The notes under the pieces were generated by a model. That model was not told the origin of the DNA, made no database searches, and saw only the letters and a program-made list of their open reading frames with translations. The translations under genes were made by a program, and so were the position numbers. DNA of 64,000 bases. It comes from Clostridia bacterium (lineage in GTDB: Bacteria > Bacillota > Clostridia > Christensenellales > QALW01). The stretch is from assembly GCA_045591115.1 (NCBI GenBank), contig JAZNSH010000014.1, forward strand, positions 14,769-78,768, written 5' to 3'. Within the stretch, counting starts at the first letter, position 1. Each line of letters begins with the position of its first letter. Below, in pieces: positions 38,260 through 46,048 of the stretch.

Positions 38260-40149
38260 ATGAGAAAATTTGTTTCACTATTACTTGCATTCATTTTTTT
38301 GTTTAGCGGAGTACATCTTACCGTTTTTGCTGATAATGAAGAAAACACAAACCTGCTTTCCGAAGCAGATTCCACTTTTGAAAGCGGTGAAACAAACTGG
38401 AATATTTTTACGGCAGGTGAACTCTCCTTTGTTGATAATCCCAAAGGTGAAGGCAAGGTTATGAAGTATCAGGTAGATACCAACGCCTATACCGAAAAAA
38501 AGAATACTTGGCAAAGCTGTATTATTGATCTTAAACCTTTCATAAAGGAAGCAAATACCCTCTATATTGCTATGGACATTTTCTGCGAGGACGCATTTAA
38601 TGTTCAAATTATGATCAGATCCAAGAAAGAGCATCTTGATTTTGCAATGGAAAAGGATAGCGAATACATATGTTTAGGCAATATTTCAGGCGAATCCGAG
38701 TGGGCACACGGTGTGTTCTCTTTTGAAATAACCGATGAGGATATTGAAAGGACCGAGGGCAAGTGGGAGCTTTGCTTTGACCGTTTACCCACTATCCGTA
38801 AAGATCTTGTCATTTACGTTGATAACGTCTATGTTGGCTTTGAGGAGCCTGAAGAACCTGAAAAGGAAATAATTGAACTGCCTGAAATCAATGCAATTAC
38901 AAAGCAAGAAAATACTTTAATCGGTGCAATTCGTTGGGATGCCTACTTTGAAACCGACAGTAAAAAAAGCAACGTTTCACAACAGGTAGCAAAGGCACTT
39001 TCGCCAAGTGAATTTCATTGGCGTGCACCCTTTTTCAGCAACATCGATGATGCAGGCAACGTAACCTTCCCGGGCTATTCACTGGAGATTATTGAAAAGG
39101 AAATTGACTATGCAAAAGCAGGCGGTCTTGATTATTTTGCATATCTTTGGTACGAAACAACCGACCCTATGTCGGACCCCAGAAAACTTCATTTGCAAAG
39201 TGAAAAGAAAAATGATGTTTTGATGTGTGGCATACTTGAAACCATTCGTTCAAAAAAGACGATGAACGAGCTTTTTGAGGCAATGAAGGATGAATGTTAC
39301 GTTAGAATTGATAATCGTCCCGTTGTGTTCTTATATCAATATGATAGCAAGTGGACACAAAAAATGATTGATGAACTTCGTCAGGCTGCTGTTAAAGCCG
39401 GCGTAACGGAAGCACTTTATATAGTTGGTATGATTAGCTCGAAAGATATCATTCTTAATAATGCAAGCATAAAAAATGGAGTGGAAGCATTTTCGTGGTA
39501 TGCAATAGAACCTAAAAAAGCAGGCGGTATCGAATACGTTGAGTTTGCCGATTATTGCAGAAGCAAAACAGAAGAGTTCGGCACAATGTCACGTGCTCGC
39601 GGTTATAGTCTTATACCTTGTGTTTTAACAGGCTATGATATCCGTCCCCGTCTTAAAAATCCCGTTAGCTGGGTAGGTGGCGATATAACAAACCCTGACA
39701 AGTCAAAATGGCCTTACGGCAACAAGTTTACTTTTGATGCTTCACCGGAAGAAATCGGTGAATTATTAAAGTCTACCCTTGATTACGTTAAAGAAAATTC
39801 CAACAACTCAAAGGCAAATATGGTGCTTACTTATGCTTGGAACGAGCACGATGAAGGCGGTTGGATTTGCCCCACCGTAAAATGCGATGAAAACGGCAAC
39901 GTTATTTATAATGAGGATGGCACAGTACAAGTAGATACTCAGCGTATTGATGCTTACAGAAAAGTAATTGATGCTTACAGAGAGATCGAGCATACTGAAA
40001 TTACACCTTCCCCTGAAGCAACCGCACAACCTATTGATGACGAAATTACGCCCCAAAATAATATTTTGACTTATATTATATCAGGTGTATTAGTGTTAGC
40101 CGTTGCCATCGGTATAATCGTTGTAGTTATAGTAAAAAAGAAAAAATAA
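38260..40149 (+). CDS. Uncharacterised surface-anchored paralog: signal peptide, extra N-terminal CBM-like domain, the shared catalytic-like domain, a Pro/Glu linker and a C-terminal TM anchor
   Basis: 629 aa. Signal peptide MRKFVSLLLAFIFLFSGVHLTVFA; C-terminus ILTYIISGVLVLAVAIGIIVVVIVKKKK. Confidence 0.5.
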   Translation: MRKFVSLLLAFIFLFSGVHLTVFADNEENTNLLSEADSTFESGETNWNIFTAGELSFVDNPKGEGKVMKYQVDTNAYTEKKNTWQSCIIDLKPFIKEANTLYIAMDIFCEDAFNVQIMIRSKKEHLDFAMEKDSEYICLGNISGESEWAHGVFSFEITDEDIERTEGKWELCFDRLPTIRKDLVIYVDNVYVGFEEPEEPEKEIIELPEINAITKQENTLIGAIRWDAYFETDSKKSNVSQQVAKALSPSEFHWRAPFFSNIDDAGNVTFPGYSLEIIEKEIDYAKAGGLDYFAYLWYETTDPMSDPRKLHLQSEKKNDVLMCGILETIRSKKTMNELFEAMKDECYVRIDNRPVVFLYQYDSKWTQKMIDELRQAAVKAGVTEALYIVGMISSKDIILNNASIKNGVEAFSWYAIEPKKAGGIEYVEFADYCRSKTEEFGTMSRARGYSLIPCVLTGYDIRPRLKNPVSWVGGDITNPDKSKWPYGNKFTFDASPEEIGELLKSTLDYVKENSNNSKANMVLTYAWNEHDEGGWICPTVKCDENGNVIYNEDGTVQVDTQRIDAYRKVIDAYREIEHTEITPSPEATAQPIDDEITPQNNILTYIISGVLVLAVAIGIIVVVIVKKKK

Positions 40150-40165
40150 ATCAGAAGGCAAAAAT

Positions 40166-40396
40166 ACCGCGGAAAGATCCGCGGTCAGTCTGCTGGCAAA
40201 GTCAGCAGACTGTCAGAGTTCGAGAAACCCTTGCAAGCCAAGGCGCTGAACTTGCAAAAAAGGGAGTTTACATAGACGTAAATGACCGCATTTTGCAAGT
40301 GAAATGCAACGACGGAAATAGCACCCTGCAAAAATTTTGCAGGGTGCTATGTTTGTAAGGGTTTGTCAGTGCTCTGACCGCGGAAAGATCCGCGGT
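40166..40396 (+). mobile_element. Element B copy 1: a 191-bp non-coding insertion (40186-40376) flanked by a duplicated 20-bp terminator stem-loop
   Basis: ACCGCGGAAAGATCCGCGGT occurs at 40166-40185 and again at 40377-40396; only the second copy is followed by the T-tract. The insert is near-identical to 57558-57748. Confidence 0.8.
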
Positions 40397-40435
40397 ATTT
40401 TTTAGTTCACATTTATTCAAAGGTCTGAAAACTTT

Positions 40436-40873
40436 TTATTTCATTGCAACTTCGCAAGCAACTGCAACTGCAACGGACATACCAACCATGGGGTTGTTAC
40501 CTGCGCCGATTAAGCCCATCTTCTCAACGTGAGCAGGAACTGAAGATGAACCTGCAAACTGAGCGTCACCGTGCATACGGCCCATTGTATCGGTCATACC
40601 GTAGGAAGCGGGACCTGCAGCAGCGTTATCGGGGTGAAGTGTTCTGCCTGTGCCGCCACCGGAAGCAACTGAGAAATACTTAACACCGTTTTCGATAGCC
40701 CACTTCTTATAGGTACCTGCAACGAAAGGCTTTTCTTTACCCTGAATAGGTGTAATATTATAAAGCCAATTCTTGATAGGTGCAGAGAAGTCAAGACCAA
40801 GGAAACGCGCACGCTTCATTTCAGGTGCAAAGCTGGGTACGTTTGTTGCAGCAATACCGCCTTCGCCCTGCAT
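40436..40873 (-). pseudogene. Displaced 3' fragment of a GGGtGRT-family gene fused to unrelated upstream sequence (chimeric ORF)
   Basis: 40440-40734 aligns to 45040-45334 at a constant offset of 4600, with 8 mismatches in 295 bp and no indels. The region upstream of VAGTYKKW has no similarity to the intact protein. Confidence 0.8.
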
Positions 40874-40983
40874 AAGAAATTTTATGATTTCCAGAAGAAG
40901 TGTGTTGAAGAAAGAGACTTTGAGGCTTTGGAGATGTACGTTATGGAATTGCTTATGGGAATTAAATAATCCTAAAAAAAGTA

Positions 40984-41012
40984 TTTACACACAACGATAG
41001 ATGTGATATAAT
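40984..41012 (+). promoter_or_regulatory. Sigma-A type promoter
   Basis: TTTACA - 17 nt - TATAAT, 47 nt upstream of the ATG at 41059. Confidence 0.55.
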
Positions 41013-41058
41013 ATTAAACAAGATATGAGAATTTTATAAACTTGTTAACAAGCAAAAA

Positions 41059-41847
41059 ATGAAAATTGTGTTTTGTGCGTTGGTAGTTGTTGTAATGGCT
41101 ATTATGTGCACTACACTTTGCGCCAAAGAAGCGTATGAGAAATACGCTGTCAACGATCTGCCCAAGGTGCGTGATTACGGATTTTTCGGGCTTCACTACG
41201 TTGACGAATTGACGTCAGAGCCGATTTTGCCCTGCTATCACCCAAAGCATCCCGCAAACAGAACCGAATCGGAGGAATCATACAGAAAGATCGCAAAGCT
41301 GTGTAAGGAAATATTTGGCGGCTTTCAGTCTGAGTTGTGGATGGATTATATGAATTCCGACGTGGATTACATTATGTATACCTCATTCAAAGGGCGTCAT
41401 CCGTCGGGGGATAATAAGCTTTTTGACGATTACATTCCTTTATGGCAGCTTGTTTATCACGGAATAGTGCTATCCTCTGTAAGCTCGTCTACTATAAATT
41501 ATACGCTGAAGGATGCAAGCACACGCTTGCATTATGTTGAATTTGGCGGACGTCCCATAATGTATTTGTTCAGCAAGTTTGGCGAACGCAAAAACTGGAT
41601 GGGTGACATAGATCTTCGTCTTGTGTCCGAGGATGATTTGGACGGTGTGATAAAAGTGCTCCTTGGGGCACACGAAGAATATCAACAGCTAAAACATCTG
41701 CAATACGAGTTTATGGAAAACCACGAAAAAATAGGCGACGACCTTTACAAAGTAACCTACTCGGACGGAACGGTAATAACCGTTGATTATATCGGTTGTC
41801 GCTATACAGTTCAAAAGGACGGCGTTTCTCGCACGGTGAAATTTTAA
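41059..41847 (+). CDS. Hypothetical secreted protein, possibly the C-terminal part of a larger glycoside-hydrolase-like protein
   Basis: 262 aa. The N-terminus MKIVFCALVVVVMAIMCTTLCA is signal-peptide-like. The IPLWQLVYHG motif recalls GH31-like/DUF families. Confidence 0.4.
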   Translation: MKIVFCALVVVVMAIMCTTLCAKEAYEKYAVNDLPKVRDYGFFGLHYVDELTSEPILPCYHPKHPANRTESEESYRKIAKLCKEIFGGFQSELWMDYMNSDVDYIMYTSFKGRHPSGDNKLFDDYIPLWQLVYHGIVLSSVSSSTINYTLKDASTRLHYVEFGGRPIMYLFSKFGERKNWMGDIDLRLVSEDDLDGVIKVLLGAHEEYQQLKHLQYEFMENHEKIGDDLYKVTYSDGTVITVDYIGCRYTVQKDGVSRTVKF

Positions 41848-41861
41848 ATCAGGAGGCAGTT

Positions 41862-43466
41862 ATGATAAATTACAGCAAATTTTCCAATACCGAAAACCAC
41901 GCCTTTAACTTATATAACGCAATAAAGTATTGTAAGGATAATAACGAAAACGGCATTGTCTTTGACAAGGGCGTATACGATTTTTATCCCGAAATGGCGT
42001 GCGAGGATGCCTTGTGCGTTTCAAACCACGATATGTACGGCTTTTACAGAATTGCATTCTTGCTTAAGAATATGAAGGGTTTCACCATTGACGGCGGCGA
42101 CAGTGAATTTGTCTTTCACGGCAGTATAACTCCCATCGTTATTGAAAATTGCGAAAATATCACAATTAAAAACCTTTCGATTGATTACAAGGAAACAATG
42201 ACTCTTGACACCGAGGTCGTAGGCGTGGGAGAAGTCTTTTTCGACCTTCGTGTCGTGAATGACGACAAGTATAAGATTCACGGCAATATGCTGTATTATT
42301 ACAACGAATACAGAAACGAGGATATTTTCCATTACTTTTGCTTAAGAAGTCTTGGTGACGATAAGAGCTTTATCCCCGAAACAACCGACGAGTTCCGTGT
42401 GTTCAATCCCAAAATCCGCTTTGACGATCTTGGCGACAAGAAAATACGCGTATATAATTCGGGCATAAAGGTAAAGGTCGGTATGCACGTTCTTACAAGA
42501 GGCGCCGAAAGATTTGCCTGCAATATCCTTGCCACCAACAGTAAGGATATATTCGTGGAAAACGTAACCATGTACAAAAGCTACGCAATGGGGCTTATTG
42601 CGCAAAAGACCGAGAACGTTTTTGTTGACAATATGACCGTCAAGGCAAAGGACGACGCTCTCTTTTCACTCAACTGCGACGCCACCCACTTCGTTCACTG
42701 CAAGGGACTTGTAAAGGTTACAAATTCCACCTTCTCCGAACAGCAGGACGATGCCTTAAACATCCACGGCATATTTACGAGAATTATTGACAAAACCGAC
42801 GATTATATAATTATCAAGTATATGCACAAGAGCGCAAAGGGGCTTGATATTTATAAAAAAGGCGACGAGATTGCGGTTCTCAACCCCAAGACCTTGATTC
42901 CAAGCGGTCACTATAAGATTTCCGACGTTGAAATTATCAATATGAACTACACCAAGCTCTATATAGAGGGCGGAACCGAAAATATAAGCGTAGGTGACGA
43001 CGTTGAGGATCTGACCTGGAGTTGTGACTTGATTTTTGAAAACAACAGAGTATTTAACAACAGAGCAAGAGGAATGCTTATTGCCGCCAAAGGAAAGGTT
43101 GAGATAAGAAATAATTATTTCAACACCCCCGGTGTTGCTATCCTTTTTGAAAGTGACGGCGCAAAGTGGTATGAGTCGGGCGGAACTACCGACGTGAGAA
43201 TAACCAACAATATTTTTGAACATTGCAAGTACGTAAACAGCAGAACCTGGGGAAGCCACGTTATAGAGGTGAAGCCCAGAGAGGAATTTAACGAGGGCAA
43301 TTATTATCACCAATATATAAGCGTTGCGGACAACGAGTTCAAAAATTGTCCTGTCCCCCTTATTTACGCAGACAACGTGCAAACGGTTGAATTTAGGGGC
43401 AACAAGATACAAGACAGCAACGAAGATCTGCTTTTCAAAAACTGCGGTGAAATAATAAGAGGATAA
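41862..43466 (+). CDS. Right-handed parallel beta-helix (pectin-lyase fold) protein, a probable glycoside hydrolase
   Basis: The preferred start is the ATG at 41862 behind AGGAGG. Repeats of the NxxIxN / hxNxxh type (ITIKNLSI, VENVTMY, ITNNIFEHC). Confidence 0.6.
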   Translation: MINYSKFSNTENHAFNLYNAIKYCKDNNENGIVFDKGVYDFYPEMACEDALCVSNHDMYGFYRIAFLLKNMKGFTIDGGDSEFVFHGSITPIVIENCENITIKNLSIDYKETMTLDTEVVGVGEVFFDLRVVNDDKYKIHGNMLYYYNEYRNEDIFHYFCLRSLGDDKSFIPETTDEFRVFNPKIRFDDLGDKKIRVYNSGIKVKVGMHVLTRGAERFACNILATNSKDIFVENVTMYKSYAMGLIAQKTENVFVDNMTVKAKDDALFSLNCDATHFVHCKGLVKVTNSTFSEQQDDALNIHGIFTRIIDKTDDYIIIKYMHKSAKGLDIYKKGDEIAVLNPKTLIPSGHYKISDVEIINMNYTKLYIEGGTENISVGDDVEDLTWSCDLIFENNRVFNNRARGMLIAAKGKVEIRNNYFNTPGVAILFESDGAKWYESGGTTDVRITNNIFEHCKYVNSRTWGSHVIEVKPREEFNEGNYYHQYISVADNEFKNCPVPLIYADNVQTVEFRGNKIQDSNEDLLFKNCGEIIRG

Positions 43467-43468
43467 AT

Positions 43469-44668
43469 ATGTTTACATCTGAAGAAAAAGAGAAGATAAG
43501 AGAATATTACGAAGCGGTGCAAAAACGTATAAAAGAAAAGCATATAAACTGCTTTAAGGGACACGAAAAGCCGGTTTTTCTGATTTCAGATACATATCCC
43601 GGAGTTTGGCTTGAGCACGCTTACGATTCGCTTTTTTACGCCAAGCTTGACGGTAAATATCTTGATATCGCAAAAAACACTTTAAATCTGTTTCTTGATA
43701 AACAAAAGGAAAACGGTCAGCTTCCTTGCTTTGTTATTGATATGAACAAAGCCCCAAGATGGCAAGAGGTCGGATATTCCCAAATTCAGGAGTGCGTTTC
43801 ATTTTCAAGACTTTGCTATGAGTATTACGAAATGTCGAAGGACAAGGAATTTTTGAAAAAGGCATACGATAAGTGCGTGAAGTGGGAGAATTGGTACGAA
43901 ACCTACCGCAAGCCAAGTGGCAAAGGATTGATTGAGATCTTTTGCGGTCACGATACGGGGCACGATGGCTCGGCTCGCAAAGAGGGAATGACCTACGACC
44001 GTTGCGCCAAGGACAACGACGCCACGGTATACCCCGAAGGCGACGACGTTCTTCCGATGATTACCCCTGATAATAACGCAGTATATTACGGCACGTTGAT
44101 TGCTCTTTCCAATATGGCAAAGGAGCTTGGTGAGAATGCGGAGCATTGGGAAAAGAAAGCGGAAGCGGTGAGGGAAAAGCTTTTTGAAATTTGTTATGAC
44201 GGCAACGACGATTTCTTCTATGACGTTGACAAAAACGGCAACAGACGAAAGTACCTTTCTATTTCCATAACCAACGTGTTCGCGGAGTGCCTTTTGACGC
44301 AAAGTGAATTTGACGTTATTTACAACAAACACATGAAAAATCCCGACGAGTTCTGCACCGAATATCCATTTCCGTCAATGGCAAAATCAGATCCGAGCTT
44401 TAGGCAAAACGCAAGCGGAAACTCCTGGGGATTTTATTCGCAGGCTTTAACGATTCTCCGCTGTACGCGTTGGATGGACTATTACGGAAAATCGGAGGAT
44501 TTTGACGGGATACTTGAAAAATGGGTAAGACAGTTGACGTTTGGGAATGATATAATGTTCGGTCAGGAATTACATCCACTGACGGGCAAGCTATCTGACT
44601 GCTCCGAGTGGTATTCAAGCTGTATGCTTGTTTATCTGTATGCTGTAGAACGGTTGAAATTAATCTAA
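43469..44668 (+). CDS. (alpha/alpha)6-barrel glycoside hydrolase (GH63/GH37/MGH1-like)
   Basis: 399 aa. YPGVWLEHAYDS, GHDTGHDGS and the amphipathic-helix repeat pattern. Confidence 0.5.
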   Translation: MFTSEEKEKIREYYEAVQKRIKEKHINCFKGHEKPVFLISDTYPGVWLEHAYDSLFYAKLDGKYLDIAKNTLNLFLDKQKENGQLPCFVIDMNKAPRWQEVGYSQIQECVSFSRLCYEYYEMSKDKEFLKKAYDKCVKWENWYETYRKPSGKGLIEIFCGHDTGHDGSARKEGMTYDRCAKDNDATVYPEGDDVLPMITPDNNAVYYGTLIALSNMAKELGENAEHWEKKAEAVREKLFEICYDGNDDFFYDVDKNGNRRKYLSISITNVFAECLLTQSEFDVIYNKHMKNPDEFCTEYPFPSMAKSDPSFRQNASGNSWGFYSQALTILRCTRWMDYYGKSEDFDGILEKWVRQLTFGNDIMFGQELHPLTGKLSDCSEWYSSCMLVYLYAVERLKLI

Positions 44669-44720
44669 AAAGAGGGTATAACTATGGAACGAACCATATT
44701 GGAGAAAATTTATAATCAAA

Positions 44721-44861
44721 TCAAGACACCGTACAAATATAGAACTGTGTGTAGCTTTGCCGGTAATGTCCGATAGTGCCCTCTCTTAAATTTCTTTGTC
44801 GACAATTCTCCAAATACCTATTGCAGCCTTCCTCAAAAGTGAGCGTTACACCTCTTGACAT
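44721..44861 (-). pseudogene. Truncated tyrosine recombinase/integrase gene; only the N-terminal SAM-like domain (46 codons) remains
   Basis: From the ATG at 44861: MSRGVTLTFEEGCNRYLENCRQRNLREGTIGHYRQSYTQFY, then a stop. It lies about 170 bp from the stop of the intact GGGtGRT gene. Confidence 0.6.
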
Positions 44862-44894
44862 TTTGATCTTTTTCACCTTGTAAATCCTCCCTAA

Positions 44895-45032
44895 AAATAA
44901 AAAAATATTGGACACATCACAAGCGGAAATACGTTTATGATGTGTCCAACTTTTTAATTTATGATTTTGGGCGAAATGAGAATTTCGATGATTTCTAAAA
45001 ATCAAGAAAGCCTCAAAAAGCCTTGCAAAATC
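44895..45032 (-). terminator. Repeat family A, copy 4: the native 3' UTR and Rho-independent terminator (hairpin 44908-44949) of the GGGtGRT gene
   Basis: TTGGACACATCA-loop-TGATGTGTCCAA with a T-run on the minus strand. Homologous to copies 1-3. Confidence 0.8.
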
Positions 45033-46034
45033 TTAGCCCTTCATTGCAACTTCGCAAGCAACTGCAACTGCAACGGACATACCAACCATGGGGTTGTTAC
45101 CTGCGCCGATTAAGCCCATCATCTCTACGTGAGCAGGAACTGAAGATGAGCCTGCAAACTGAGCGTCACCGTGCATACGACCCATTGTATCGGTCATACC
45201 GTAGGATGCGGGACCTGCAGCAGCGTTATCGGGGTGAAGTGTTCTGCCTGTGCCGCCACCGGAAGCAACTGAGAAATACTTAACACCGTTCTCAATAGCC
45301 CACTTCTTGTAGGTACCTGCAACGGGATGCTGGAAACGTGTGGGGTTAGTTGAGTTACCGGTAATGGAAACACCAACGTTTTCTTTTCTCATAATAGCAA
45401 CGCCTTCAGAAACGTCGTTAGCGCCATAGCACTTAACCTTTGCTCTGTCGCCTGTTGAGAAAGCCTTTTCATATACAGTTTCAAGCTCGCCTGTATAGTA
45501 ATCATACTTTGTTTCAACATAAGTGAAGCCGTTGATTCTTGAAATGATATAAGCGGCATCCTTACCTAAACCGTTAAGAATAACGCGAAGAGGATTCTTA
45601 CGAACCTTATTTGCGTTAAGAGCGATCTTAATTGCGCCTTCAGCAGCAGCAAAGCTTTCGTGACCTGCAAGGAAGCAGAAGCACTCTGTTTCTTCACTTA
45701 AAAGCATTGATGCAAGGTTACCGTGACCAAGACCAACCTTTCTCTGATCGGCAACTGATCCGGGGATACAGAAAGCCTGAAGTGCTACACCGATTTCCTT
45801 TGCGGCATCAGCAGCAGTTTTGCAACCTTTTTTAAGTGCAAGAGCAGCACCTAAAGTATATGCCCAGCAAGCATTCTCAAATGCGATGGGCTGAGTTTCT
45901 CTAACGATTGTTTCAGCGTCAACGCCCTTACTAAGAGCGAATTCCTTTGCTTCATCAAGATCCTTAAAGCCATACTCCTTAAGGACAACGTTGATCTGAT
46001 CAATTCTTCTTGAATAACTTTCAAAATTTGCCAT
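45033..46034 (-). CDS. GGGtGRT-family conserved protein of unknown function
   Basis: 333 aa. Contains the name-giving SGGGTGRT motif (VASGGGTGRTLHPDN). Confidence 0.8.
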   Translation of the reverse strand: MANFESYSRRIDQINVVLKEYGFKDLDEAKEFALSKGVDAETIVRETQPIAFENACWAYTLGAALALKKGCKTAADAAKEIGVALQAFCIPGSVADQRKVGLGHGNLASMLLSEETECFCFLAGHESFAAAEGAIKIALNANKVRKNPLRVILNGLGKDAAYIISRINGFTYVETKYDYYTGELETVYEKAFSTGDRAKVKCYGANDVSEGVAIMRKENVGVSITGNSTNPTRFQHPVAGTYKKWAIENGVKYFSVASGGGTGRTLHPDNAAAGPASYGMTDTMGRMHGDAQFAGSSSVPAHVEMMGLIGAGNNPMVGMSVAVAVACEVAMKG

Positions 46035-46048
46035 ATTCTTCGTCCTCC

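Noticed and set aside
38238-38813. Three minus-strand ORFs (72, 117 and 69 aa) at the start of the 629-aa gene.
   Set aside because: They are antisense shadows of a gene that has a clear RBS, a signal peptide and paralog support.
42756-43412. The 218-aa minus-strand ORF, and also the 175-aa ORF at 43805-44332.
   Set aside because: They are antisense to the beta-helix and (alpha/alpha)6 GH genes. They lack an RBS and have composition typical of shadow frames.
45051-45075. The short GCAACTGCAACTGCAAC micro-repeat and its copies, as a possible CRISPR or other tandem-repeat array.
   Set aside because: It is the coding sequence for VAVAVA in the GGGtGRT C-terminus. It recurs only because the gene end is duplicated, and there is no spacer/repeat periodicity.
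28397-45080. Integron-like cassette array, with the hairpins acting as attC sites.
   Set aside because: There is no intI gene and no attC R/L box consensus (GTTRRRY/RYYYAAC). The modules are multi-gene and carry their own regulators and promoters.
40440-45334. The duplicated GGGtGRT 3' end could be a diversity-generating retroelement template/variable repeat pair.
   Set aside because: The 8 mismatches are not adenine-specific and are almost all synonymous. There is also no reverse transcriptase gene in the window.
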